The position numbers and the translations under genes are program-made. A stretch of 48,018 nt of DNA, taken from the NCBI GenBank assembly GCA_046498285.1, contig JAWOBA010000012.1:1-48018 (forward strand). The letters are read 5' to 3'. This stretch comes from Desulfatiglandales bacterium (lineage in GTDB: Bacteria > Desulfobacterota > DSM-4660 > Desulfatiglandales > B25-G16). Shown piece by piece: positions 1-9,668 of the stretch (the first letter of the stretch is position 1; each line of letters starts with the position of its first letter). Below the pieces are notes generated by a model that did no database searches, was not told where the DNA came from, and worked only from the letters and a program-made list of their open reading frames with translations.

Positions 1-18
1 TCTTGGCGTTCTTGGGGT

Positions 19-358
19 ATATTTCTAAAAATTTATATAAATACAAACTGGTATTTTTTTCTCTATTTTACTTAATTGGTTTTTACTGCTGCCATGTAAT
101 CCCTCAGCCTGAAGGTTAGGGATTGAGGCGGCTCATAAATTATTTCCTTTTATCCCAGATTATGTAGTAGGCATCGTCACGAGGGTTGAAAAACCTCGTG
201 ACGATGCCTACTGCATAATCTAGAATAAAATGAAATAATTTATGAGCCGCCTCAATCCTTAGCCTTCAGGCTGAGGGATTACATGGCAGCAGTAAAAACC
301 CATTAAGTAAAATAGAGAAAAAATACCAGTTTGTATTTATGTAAGTTTTTGGAAATAT
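19..358. repeat. 340-bp near-perfect inverted repeat (arms 19-184 / 194-358, 9-nt loop)
   Basis: Paired by hand: about 165 bp per arm, 10 substitutions and one 1-nt indel; centre GAGG-GTTGAAAAA-CCTC. Confidence 0.97.
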
Positions 359-506
359 GAAACAACTAAGTAATGACAACTAACTGATGAAATTATTATA
401 AAAAAGCACTATGGACAATATAAAAGATCTTTTGTATATAAACAAATGAAACTTTACAATTAAACCCCAAAAATAACATTATAATGGGGAGATAGAAAGA
501 GATAAT

Positions 507-896
507 ATGATAAAATTGGATTTTCAAAAAGGTGGTGGAATCTTGCCTGCTATCGCCCAGGATTTTAAATCAGGAAAGGTTTTAATGCTGGCCTATATGA
601 ATAATGATGCGTGGAAACTCACTCTTCAGACCGGAGAGGCCCATTACTGGAGCCGCACACGTGGAAAGATCTGGCATAAGGGCGAAACTTCGGGAAATAC
701 CCAGATAGTGAAAGAAATTGTTGTGGACTGTGACTATGATACCATCCTCCTTAAGATAGAACAGATAGGGGGAGCTGCGTGCCACCTCGGCTATGAGAGT
801 TGCTTTCATAACAAGGTTAACAATAACGGAGAAAAAACGATCATAGGAAAAAAAATATTTGATCCAGAAAAGGTATATAAAAATGAATTTGCTTAA
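507..896 (+). CDS. hisI: Phosphoribosyl-AMP cyclohydrolase
   Basis: Motifs YWSR, KGETSG, DCDx[11 protein letters not shown]; next to hisG. Confidence 0.95.
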   Translation: MIKLDFQKGGGILPAIAQDFKSGKVLMLAYMNNDAWKLTLQTGEAHYWSRTRGKIWHKGETSGNTQIVKEIVVDCDYDTILLKIEQIGGAACHLGYESCFHNKVNNNGEKTIIGKKIFDPEKVYKNEFA

Positions 897-1755
897 GCTC
901 GGTATACCAAAGGGGAGCCTGCAGGAAGCCACCATCAAATTATTTCGAAAATCAGGGTGGAATATCTCGATAACTGATCGGAATTACTTTCCTAAAATAA
1001 ATGATGAGACTCTCGCATGCTCACTCCTAAGGGCACAAGAAATGCCTATCCATGTAGAAAACGGAACTATAGATGCAGGCCTTACTGGCAGAGATTGGAA
1101 AGAGGAAAATGAATCAGATGTTATTATTGTTGCTGATTTAATTTATTCCAAATTGAGCCAAAACCCTACCAAATGGGTTTTAGCAGTGTCTGCCGACTCT
1201 GATATCAAAGAATTGTCTGATCTTGAGGGTAAAGTCATAGCAACAGAATTAGTTAATTATACAAAAAATTATTTTACCCAAAAAGGCATTGACGTTAAGA
1301 TTGAATTTTCATGGGGCACAACAGAGGCCAAGGTCGCAGCAGGATTAGCAGATGCTATTGTAGAGGTTACCGAGACGGGTAGCACTATCAAAGCTCATGG
1401 ATTGAAGATTATTCACGAACTGATGCAGTCGAACACCATACTTATTGCAAACAAACAAGCCTGGGAGGATTCATGGAAAAGGAGAAAGATAGAAAACATT
1501 GCGTTACTCCTCAAAGGGGCCTTAAGGGCTGAGAATATGGTAGGCCTAAAGATGAATGTTCCAAAGGAACAATTGGATGGTATTGTTTCATTGCTCCCAA
1601 GTATTACATCGCCGACAACAGCAAATCTATTTCAATCTAACTGGGTATCAGTTGAGGTAATGGTTAATCAGGAAAAAGTAAGAGAACTAATCCCTCAATT
1701 AATAAAACAGGGGGCAAAAGGTATCATTGAATATCCTTTGAATAAGGTGATTTAA
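883..1755 (+). CDS. hisG: ATP phosphoribosyltransferase, long form
   Basis: [31 protein letters not shown]-terminal regulatory domain; start moved to ATG 883. Confidence 0.95.
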   Translation: MNLLKLGIPKGSLQEATIKLFRKSGWNISITDRNYFPKINDETLACSLLRAQEMPIHVENGTIDAGLTGRDWKEENESDVIIVADLIYSKLSQNPTKWVLAVSADSDIKELSDLEGKVIATELVNYTKNYFTQKGIDVKIEFSWGTTEAKVAAGLADAIVEVTETGSTIKAHGLKIIHELMQSNTILIANKQAWEDSWKRRKIENIALLLKGALRAENMVGLKMNVPKEQLDGIVSLLPSITSPTTANLFQSNWVSVEVMVNQEKVRELIPQLIKQGAKGIIEYPLNKVI

Positions 1756-1814
1756 CTATTTGGATTCCACTTGAAAAATTAGGTATTATACTAACCTTTA
1801 AATAATATAAGATT

Positions 1815-2957
1815 ATGAAAATTGCATCAAGGCTCATAGATTTCCGTTCCTTTATTGTCATGGATATTTTGGAGAGGGCAAGTGTCCTCGAAAGCCAAGG
1901 CCAAGATATCATACACCTTGAGATAGGTGAGCCGGATTTCGATACACCACAATGTATAAAAGAAGCCGGAATGAAGGCCATCAAAAAAGGGGAAACCCAC
2001 TATACCCACTCTCAAGGTATACTTGAGTTGAGAAAGGCCATATGCCAGCATTACATGAATAAATATGCCGTGCATGTAAATCCTGACCAGATCATTGTTA
2101 CCTCTGGTACGTCGCCGGCACTGTTATTGATCTTTTCGACTCTCTTAGACCCAGGAGATACAATTATCGTATCTAATCCATATTATCCTTGCTATCCCAA
2201 CGTTATTGAATATGTTGGTGGAAATTGCACATTCATCAATACGAAAGAGGATGAAGGGTTTCAACTCCGCCCAGAAGATATTGCTCAAAACATATCACCT
2301 CAAACCAAGGGCATCCTGATAAATTCTCCCTCAAATCCTGCAGGAAACCTGATTTCATCTGATAGAATGGAGCACATAGCTGATCTTGGACCCTATATCA
2401 TTTCTGATGAGATATATCACGGCCTGGTATATGAAGGGAAAGACCATACAATCTTAGAGTATACGGATAAGGCATTTGTCTTGAACGGCTTTTCCAAACT
2501 CTATGCTATGACCGGTTGGAGGCTCGGATATGTAATCGCACCAAAGGATTTCGTCAGGCCAATACAAAAGATGCAGCAAAACTTTTTTATCTCAGCAAGC
2601 AGTGTATCCCAATGGGCGGGTCTCGCAGCCCTTAATGAAGCAGGGGAAGATAGTGAAAGGATGAGAGCCATATTCGATCAAAGGAGGCAGTATATCATCA
2701 AAAGGCTTAGAGAAGTCGGTTTTGGAATCAGTGTTGATCCAGTTGGAGCATTTTATGTACTCGCTAATGCGAATCATCTCTCCAATAACTCCTACGAGCT
2801 TGCCTTTGAAATCTTAGAGAAAGCAGGAGTAGGTGTTGCACCAGGGATCGATTTTGGAAACAATGCTGAAGGATATCTCAGGTTCTCTTATGCTAACTCG
2901 CTTGAAAAAATTACCGAAGGACTCCTCAGAATAGAACAATTTTTAAAAACGAGATAA
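1815..2957 (+). CDS. PLP-dependent class I/II (AspB-like) aminotransferase
   Basis: IGEPDFDTP, NSPSNPAG, SDEIY, FSKLYAMTGWRLG (PLP Lys). Confidence 0.92.
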   Translation: MKIASRLIDFRSFIVMDILERASVLESQGQDIIHLEIGEPDFDTPQCIKEAGMKAIKKGETHYTHSQGILELRKAICQHYMNKYAVHVNPDQIIVTSGTSPALLLIFSTLLDPGDTIIVSNPYYPCYPNVIEYVGGNCTFINTKEDEGFQLRPEDIAQNISPQTKGILINSPSNPAGNLISSDRMEHIADLGPYIISDEIYHGLVYEGKDHTILEYTDKAFVLNGFSKLYAMTGWRLGYVIAPKDFVRPIQKMQQNFFISASSVSQWAGLAALNEAGEDSERMRAIFDQRRQYIIKRLREVGFGISVDPVGAFYVLANANHLSNNSYELAFEILEKAGVGVAPGIDFGNNAEGYLRFSYANSLEKITEGLLRIEQFLKTR

Positions 2958-3539
2958 ATGCAAACCTCCTTCTTAAAGAGCGCTACCCTTCCTGAACAAT
3001 TCCCCCCCTCAAATAAGCCCGAAATTGCCTTTGCAGGTAGATCTAATGTAGGAAAATCATCCCTGATAAATAGACTAATCAATTCCCGAAATGTAGCCAG
3101 GACAAGTTCGAGACCAGGCAGAACAAGATACATCAACTTCTTTTCGGTTGAAAAAAATCTCTATTTTACAGATCTTCCTGGTTACGGGTATGCTGAGGTT
3201 CCGTTACATGTTAGACAAAGTTGGAAAAAACTTGTTGAAACCTATCTGCAAAAAAGAACCAATCTAAAAGCGGTTGTGGTTATTGTAGATATAAGACGAA
3301 AAGTAAGAGAAGAGGATTTCAATCTCTTAAATTGGCTAACGGCATACCAGATAACGCCAATTATTGTACTCACCAAGGTAGATAAATTATCAAAGAGTCA
3401 GGCACATACACAAATTGATTTGATTTCCAAGGAGCTCATAAAGGAAGGCTTTCATCACCCTATATCTTTTTCCGCCAAAACCGGCCAGGGAATACACGAA
3501 CTCTGGGAAAAAATACATGAAATAGTGAACTTGGTTTAG
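2958..3539 (+). CDS. engB: Ribosome biogenesis GTPase YihA/YsxC
   Basis: GRSNVGKSS, PGRT, DLPGYGYA, TKVDK, SAK motifs. Confidence 0.95.
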   Translation: MQTSFLKSATLPEQFPPSNKPEIAFAGRSNVGKSSLINRLINSRNVARTSSRPGRTRYINFFSVEKNLYFTDLPGYGYAEVPLHVRQSWKKLVETYLQKRTNLKAVVVIVDIRRKVREEDFNLLNWLTAYQITPIIVLTKVDKLSKSQAHTQIDLISKELIKEGFHHPISFSAKTGQGIHELWEKIHEIVNLV

Positions 3540-3574
3540 TAGTTGAGTGATGGATTGGTTAAGCTTCATTTGGC

Positions 3575-3603
3575 TTGACATACAAAGGAAAATTCTCTAT
3601 ACA
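3575..3603 (+). promoter_or_regulatory. Putative sigma70 promoter
   Basis: TTGACA, 17-nt spacer, TATACA; a MITE is inserted directly after the -10 box. Confidence 0.55.
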
Positions 3604-3605
3604 TT

Positions 3606-3796
3606 GAGACCTTTGAAAAACCTGGCGATTTTCACCATCCCCAAAAAGATGATGGACTTTTTTGAACTGACTGATGGAAGGGTACTGAAAAGACCAGCCC
3701 GGGAGCCCCGGCCTCCGGCCCGGAGGGCCTACGCCCCGGAGGGAACTGCAAAAAAGCCCATCGTCTTTAGATCAAGAGGGGTTATACAAAGGTCTC
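3606..3796. mobile_element. MITE, GAGACCTTTG family, copy 1
   Basis: TIR GAGACCTTTG/CAAAGGTCTC; 5-bp TSD ACATT (3601-3605, 3797-3801); homologous to elements at 8173 and 26434. Confidence 0.9.
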
Positions 3797-3948
3797 ACAT
3801 TAATTACGAAAAAGGGTTTCTTATCATTTCATTTAGCCATTCAGAAAAAACCTTGACACCCTATCCTACAGCCAAGATTTTATTCCTCTGTTATCATATG
3901 CACTAGTAGAGTGGCTGACTGTCTGAGGAATTGCCGAGATACTAAGTG

Positions 3949-6900
3949 ATGAAAATTCAAAGAAAAATCCTCCTTGCTCTTCTTATCATTGTCCTTATTT
4001 TCCTGACCTCTCTTTGCGGCATTGGACTTTATTACTATTATCATCCTGCTGTTGCAAAGGAATTCATTGAAAAATCGATTGCCCGGTCCACCCACACTTC
4101 ATTTAGAATCGAAAAACTGTCCTACTCCTTAAATCCCTTGAGGATACAGGCAGAGGGGATTATATTTGAACCCAGTAAGGATCATCGCGGTTTCCATCTG
4201 GAGATTCCCAAACTCACAGCGGATATGACCCTGGAAGGATCATTCGGAAGCAAGAGTCTGATCCTCAAAAAACTCAAGGTTGACGGATTTTCCTTCCGTA
4301 TCTCTCATGACATGATTCTGCCGAAAATTGAGGGAAAATCAAAGCACCCATCATTCTTTAGCCACATACTGAAAAAAGCTTTAGCGTTTTTTCTGTTTGG
4401 GGACATACAATTCGAAGCCGCTGAAATTTCAAAGGGCCATATGGTAGCTAAAACCAGAGCCCAGACAGTTCAAATCACTAATATTAATGCCTACCTAAAT
4501 GAAAACCACCTCGTAGAGATTTCCTGCGGGGCATTATTTTTATGGCCTTCCAGAGAAATTCAGTTCAGAGTCCCGCATCTTCTCATTACTACAGATCGCG
4601 GTGTATCTCTTGCCAATCCAAAAATAAGCTGTCTTCTGACAGCAACTGGTTCTGTGTTTCAAAGCCCTGAGATCAATATAAGAGCAGTAGGATTAATGGC
4701 AAAGACCATCTTCAACCGTAAGAATAATAGCCTCACCATAGAACAAGCTGAACTTAATTGTGAGGATGTCCTTCTAAAGCAGCCTGGGGTGAGCATAAGA
4801 AAAATCGAGTCTAAGCTAACACTCATCTACAACCACAATTATAATAAGCTGATCTTTGGGCCCACGGATTTTTCTACAAAGGGCATCATCTTCGACCGGA
4901 CATCTGACACAGAGTCCCTACCTCTGGATTTCAATCTCAAAACACAAGGGTATTTTGACCTTTCAAAATCCGCATTGATCTTTTCCAGTTTTGATCTCGT
5001 TTTGTCCGATATTGGCGGTTTAAAAGGAAACATAGATGCGAGGTTTGGAATTGAAATGGCGTTAATACTTGAACTTTCAAGTGGAAGCTTTTTTCCTCAA
5101 AAAGTGATGCCGTTTATTCCTTCGAAGCTAAGGGAACACTTGAAGTCTGTTAGGCTATCAGGACCTGTCCTTTTGAACGGCAAGGTAAACGGAATAAAGA
5201 AAAACAATTCATGGGATTTGGATATTGACCTGCGGACGCAACTCAAGGAAAACCGGTTTTCCTATGCGGCTGAGTGGATGAGGATGAACAGTGATATAAC
5301 CGGCTACATTCTTGCTCAAGGTAAGCTGCCAGACATAAAAATTTCGCTTAAAATGAACGCTGATCAAATCTTTTTTTCCGGTAAAGGAATCGCGGTAAAA
5401 CCTTTTCAAATGGGTCTTGCAATCTCCGGTAAATATCCGGTTTTTGAGATTGACGAATTAAAAGCGAATGTTCCTCAGGTACGTGTGAAGACAGGGGAAA
5501 AAGATATCCGGATTGGTGATACTCGTGTGAATATTAAAAAAGGTACCATTGATGCAGACAAGAGATTTATTGATATCCCTGAAATTCTCTTTGAATCCTC
5601 CCTTTTACAAAACCTTCTGCTGGCCTTAAGGATTGATAGAAAACGAGTGGCCATTAACATTAAAGGAAAACAAATCAACATCATGGAGTCGGCCCAAGAC
5701 CTTAACTTGGTACCCTCCGGCTGGCAAATCAGTGGAAAAGATTCAATTCAGTTAAGGGCCGCTCAAGAACAAACCAACATCTGGACATTTACTTCTGAGC
5801 TGGGCTTTCAGGACCTTGCATTTGAAAACAAAGACTCCAGCTGCGTGGGAGAAAAAATTTCTCTGAATGCAAAGATTTCTGGAGAAATTGACCTGAACAA
5901 AACTTCCATAGCTACCACGACCGTTCTTGAAATCAATGAGGGAGAAGTCCTGTATGATCGTTTCTATATGGACCTCAACAGGCACGCATTGTCCTGTTAT
6001 TGTGATGCGGCATATGAGCTACCCAAAAAAGTTTTGCAATTATCCACCCTGAAAATCGGGATGAAAGATGTATTAGAGTGTCATATTCATGGGAACATAC
6101 TCAACAAAACCCGGGATCAACGAACCCATCTTTCACTCAGTATCCTTAAGACGCCCTTGAAACCGGTATTTGACCACTTTGTACTGGAACCGTTTCAGAT
6201 GGAAAAACCGATTCTCGCTGACCTTATGATTGGAGGCACCTTTTCCATGGACCTGAAATTAAAAGGCGCCGGGAAAAACTGGACTGCATTTGGCCACCTT
6301 ATGTGGCATGACGGAAAAGTACTATCCTCTGATAATGATTTCTCGTTTCAAGGAATCAATCTTGATCTTCCTGTGTGTTACCGAAGCCAAGAAAATCTAA
6401 AGGTGGCGGAGACGGCAAGTGGAGATCTTTCTGTAAGCTCCATGAACCTTCCAATGCTTCCCAAACAACCACTGAACATCAAAATAACTGCTGGTCCTAA
6501 CGTGCTATCTATAAAATCCCCAACCGTAATCAAGATTCCTGGTGGAAGCGTCCGGGTTGGCTCCGTCTCAGGCAAAGATATATTCAGTAAGCAAGCATCT
6601 GTCCATACCAGCCTTTCAATAAACATAGTTGATATCCGCCCCCTATTATCCGGGATCTGGCAACAATCGGTAAAGGGAAAAATAGATGGAAAGCTGGATT
6701 CCATTACTTTTAAAGGAGGAAATATGACGACTGATGGAAACATCAAAGCTGATGTCTTTGAGGGACAGATGATTTTTTCAGACCTTGGCTCATCAGGCAT
6801 GTTCAGTTCCTCGCCAATCTTTCGCTTGAGCATCCGGATGAATGCCCTGCGATTGGCCGAAATAACGAGCGGAACCCCATTCGGAAAAATTGAAGGGGTG

Positions 6901-7317
6901 CTCAATGGGTATGTAAAAAATTTGGAAATTGCGTATGGCCAACCACAGAAGTTCGATCTCCTATTAGAAACAATACCTACAAAAGGTATTTCTCAAAGGA
7001 TCAGTGTAAAGGCAGTGGAGAATATCTCCAGGATTGGAGGAGGTCAGAGTCCTTTTGTGGGGCTTGCAGGTGGCTTTGCCAGAATTTTTAAGGAATTCCC
7101 CTACAAGAAAATCGGTGTGCGGGCATCTTTAGAAAACGATTTATTCAGGATTAATGGAACGATTAAGGAAGGAGGAAAAGAATACATAATAAAAAAGGGT
7201 GGCTTTTCAGGCATAGATGTTGTAAATCAGAACCCTGATAATCAAGCCAGCTTTAAGGACATGATAAAGAGGATTAAACGCGTTACTGCGGATAAAGGAA
7301 AGCCGGTCATACGGTAG
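3949..7317 (+). CDS. Large AsmA-like/YdbH-domain envelope protein (putative bridge-like lipid transfer protein)
   Basis: About 1120 aa, one N-terminal TM anchor, long amphipathic beta pattern, followed by a YdbL-like lipoprotein as in ydbH-ynbE-ydbL loci; alternative GTG start at 3946. Confidence 0.65.
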   Translation: MKIQRKILLALLIIVLIFLTSLCGIGLYYYYHPAVAKEFIEKSIARSTHTSFRIEKLSYSLNPLRIQAEGIIFEPSKDHRGFHLEIPKLTADMTLEGSFGSKSLILKKLKVDGFSFRISHDMILPKIEGKSKHPSFFSHILKKALAFFLFGDIQFEAAEISKGHMVAKTRAQTVQITNINAYLNENHLVEISCGALFLWPSREIQFRVPHLLITTDRGVSLANPKISCLLTATGSVFQSPEINIRAVGLMAKTIFNRKNNSLTIEQAELNCEDVLLKQPGVSIRKIESKLTLIYNHNYNKLIFGPTDFSTKGIIFDRTSDTESLPLDFNLKTQGYFDLSKSALIFSSFDLVLSDIGGLKGNIDARFGIEMALILELSSGSFFPQKVMPFIPSKLREHLKSVRLSGPVLLNGKVNGIKKNNSWDLDIDLRTQLKENRFSYAAEWMRMNSDITGYILAQGKLPDIKISLKMNADQIFFSGKGIAVKPFQMGLAISGKYPVFEIDELKANVPQVRVKTGEKDIRIGDTRVNIKKGTIDADKRFIDIPEILFESSLLQNLLLALRIDRKRVAINIKGKQINIMESAQDLNLVPSGWQISGKDSIQLRAAQEQTNIWTFTSELGFQDLAFENKDSSCVGEKISLNAKISGEIDLNKTSIATTTVLEINEGEVLYDRFYMDLNRHALSCYCDAAYELPKKVLQLSTLKIGMKDVLECHIHGNILNKTRDQRTHLSLSILKTPLKPVFDHFVLEPFQMEKPILADLMIGGTFSMDLKLKGAGKNWTAFGHLMWHDGKVLSSDNDFSFQGINLDLPVCYRSQENLKVAETASGDLSVSSMNLPMLPKQPLNIKITAGPNVLSIKSPTVIKIPGGSVRVGSVSGKDIFSKQASVHTSLSINIVDIRPLLSGIWQQSVKGKIDGKLDSITFKGGNMTTDGNIKADVFEGQMIFSDLGSSGMFSSSPIFRLSIRMNALRLAEITSGTPFGKIEGVLNGYVKNLEIAYGQPQKFDLLLETIPTKGISQRISVKAVENISRIGGGQSPFVGLAGGFARIFKEFPYKKIGVRASLENDLFRINGTIKEGGKEYIIKKGGFSGIDVVNQNPDNQASFKDMIKRIKRVTADKGKPVIR

Positions 7318-7376
7318 TTTTCCCTAAGAAAATCCGCAGTAGTCTTCATGCTTAATACTTTTTCTAGGAGGTTAAA

Positions 7377-7925
7377 ATGTTATTCTATCGAAAATCTTTA
7401 GGGATTGCAACTTTGTCTTGTTTATTGTTTATATTTGCGTGTGTTACCGTCAATATCTACTTCCCCGCAGAAAAGGTGGAATCTGTTGCTGGAGAGATTG
7501 TCAAAGACATCAGGGGAAAAGAGGGGGATGATGAAAACAAGACCCTTGAAAACCAGAAAAATTCTCTCTTTCTGCAGGACATTTTGGCTCTTCTTGATCC
7601 TGTTGCCCATGCAGAAGACGTGGTCACCATTTCAAACCCCACGATTCGGGCATTGAAGCAGAAAATGAAGGATCGGTTCAGCCAAATGAAGCCATTTTAT
7701 GGAAAAGATATGCTTAGAGAAGAGGACAACGGATATGTAGCCATTGGAAACACCGATGGATTGGGCCTCAAGGACAAAAGAAAGCTAAAAACCCTTGTGG
7801 AGGCGGAAAACAGCGATAGAAAAAGTCTTTACGCAGAGGTCGCTAAGGCCCTTAAAATCGACCCCAGCCAGATGGATAAAATTGCTGACATTTTTGCAAA
7901 GGAATGGAAAAAGTCAGTAGAATGA
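7377..7925 (+). CDS. YdbL/DUF1318-family lipoprotein
   Basis: AGGAGG RBS; lipobox IFAC followed by VTVNIYFP; C-terminal EEDNGYV...VEAENSDRKSLYAEVA...FAKEW as in DUF1318. Confidence 0.75.
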   Translation: MLFYRKSLGIATLSCLLFIFACVTVNIYFPAEKVESVAGEIVKDIRGKEGDDENKTLENQKNSLFLQDILALLDPVAHAEDVVTISNPTIRALKQKMKDRFSQMKPFYGKDMLREEDNGYVAIGNTDGLGLKDKRKLKTLVEAENSDRKSLYAEVAKALKIDPSQMDKIADIFAKEWKKSVE

Positions 7926-8129
7926 TAATACCATCAAAGGGGAAATCAGAGAAGTCCTCTTTTAGTTCGTGCATATGAAAAGCATACAATATTCGGGCAT
8001 CTCACGTTTTGGGTATTAAGCCGCCGGAATTCTAGGGTGTAAGGGTCGGATAATCACCCAGAGACGATGCACTGCAAAATAAAAACCCCATATCGATTAT
8101 GCTCTGCGGGTTCCTATCCAAAATATCAT

Positions 8130-8343
8130 GAGAGCTTTGCATAACTCATATTTGCTTTACGAGAATAGACTTGAGACCTTTGAAAAACCTGGTGATTTTA
8201 CCCATCCTCAAAAAGACGATGGGCTTTTTTTCAGTTCCGAGGCTCCCGGGTTGGTCTTTTCAGCACCCTTCCACCAGTCACTTCAAAAAAGTTCATCTTC
8301 TTCCTGTACAGAGACAAAAATTGTTAGGTTTTGCAAAGCTCTC
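8130..8343. mobile_element. Composite MITE (outer GAGAGCTTTGCA TIRs; inner GAGACCTTTG-family end at 8173)
   Basis: 12-bp TIR GAGAGCTTTGCA/TGCAAAGCTCTC; 5-bp TSD ATCAT (8125-8129, 8344-8348); core shared with the 3606 and 26434 elements. Confidence 0.85.
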
Positions 8344-8424
8344 ATCATGGGCCTAAATCTGGCTTGATATACAAGGAGAAACCTTTTATACGTCACTCAT
8401 GAAAAAGGAGCTTTTATCATTTAA

Positions 8425-8598
8425 CCCAGATTATGCAGTAGGTATCGTCACGAGGGTTGAAAAACCTCAGCGAAACGAAAAGTTGGAGCGATTTTGTGCC
8501 GAAGGCATATTTGTAAATATGTTGAGAAGCAAAATCGTGAAGCGAGCGTTGCAGCAAGGTTTTTCAGGCCGCAGTAGGTGGCTACTGCATAATCTGGG
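8425..8598. mobile_element. 174-bp MITE with IS1380-like ends
   Basis: Perfect 17-bp TIR CCCAGATTATGCAGTAG; 5-bp TSD TTTAA (8420-8424, 8599-8603); TIR matches the IS relic end at 41794 at 15/17. Confidence 0.9.
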
Positions 8599-8599
8599 T

Positions 8600-9664
8600 T
8601 TAAACCCTTCTACCCTCGCAAAAAATATGGAGCTTAGAGCTTTTGATAACCAGGGAAATGGTTTCACCAGACCTAAAGACGGCCTCTTTTGTCGCCCGGG
8701 CCGTTATAATGGTGGAACCCACCCGGGCATGGATATATTTCTCAGAACCTACATTACTGATCATCTCAACCTCTGCCCTAAGAGCGTTCTGAGATTCATC
8801 AGCAATCTCTATGTCTTCAGGACGGATACCTACTTCCACAATATTACTCTGAAGATTATATGGAATATTTTGGATATTCAATGAGAAATCTTTGCTTTGA
8901 AAGAGTAATTCATTCTTGGCTCGAATTACAGTTCCTTTAAAAATATTCATCGTTGGTGAGCCAATAAAACTGGCAACAAAGGTATCTGCAGGGCGATTAT
9001 AAATCGTTTCAGGCTGGTCAATTTGATGTATTCTCCCCTCTCGCATAATGACCACCTTATCTCCAAGAGTCATTGCTTCCACCTGATCATGAGTTACATA
9101 TAAAATCGTTCCCTGAATCTGTTTATGTAATCTCATGAGTTCCAGGCGAACATTGATCCGCAGCCTGGCATCCAGGTTACTCAATGGCTCATCTAACAAA
9201 AAGAGTTGAGGCCTGCGCACTAAAGCGCGGCCCATGGCTACCCTTTGTCTTTGTCCACCTGACAGTTCTCTTGGCCTTCGTTTTAATAGGTCGTGAATTC
9301 CCAATAGACTCGCTGTCTCAGTAATATTCTCCCTTATAGTATCCTTATCTATGCCACGCATCCGAAGACCGAAGCCAAGATTCTGGGCTACAGTCATATG
9401 AGGATAGAGTGCATAGCTTTGAAAGACCATGGCAACATCCCTATTTCTTGGACTGAGATGGTCAATCGGTTTGTTGTTCACAAAAAGGGAACCCTCATCT
9501 TGCAATGTCAAACCCGCCACAATCTGCAGCAATGTGCTCTTTCCACATCCTGATGGTCCCAGAAGCACACAGAATTCGCCCTCATCTACAGAAAGATTTA
9601 TATTGGAGAGGGCCACCACCTTTCCAAAACGTTTGCTTATTCCCTTGAGAGTTAGTGATGCCAT
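8600..9664 (-). CDS. Carbohydrate ABC transporter ATPase (MalK/UgpC-like)
   Basis: GPSGCGKST, VFQSYALYPH, LSGGQRQR, DEPLSNLD, C-terminal TOBE-like region; start at MASLTL. Confidence 0.93.
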   Translation of the reverse strand: MASLTLKGISKRFGKVVALSNINLSVDEGEFCVLLGPSGCGKSTLLQIVAGLTLQDEGSLFVNNKPIDHLSPRNRDVAMVFQSYALYPHMTVAQNLGFGLRMRGIDKDTIRENITETASLLGIHDLLKRRPRELSGGQRQRVAMGRALVRRPQLFLLDEPLSNLDARLRINVRLELMRLHKQIQGTILYVTHDQVEAMTLGDKVVIMREGRIHQIDQPETIYNRPADTFVASFIGSPTMNIFKGTVIRAKNELLFQSKDFSLNIQNIPYNLQSNIVEVGIRPEDIEIADESQNALRAEVEMISNVGSEKYIHARVGSTIITARATKEAVFRSGETISLVIKSSKLHIFCEGRRV

Positions 9665-9668
9665 TTCC

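Noticed and set aside
3547-3906. 119-aa ORF (similarly 8128-8367, 8171-8356, 26469-26696)
   Set aside because: Reads through MITE sequence; no protein motifs
8399-8884. 161-aa + strand ORF
   Set aside because: Made of the 8425 MITE plus the antisense of the ABC ATPase
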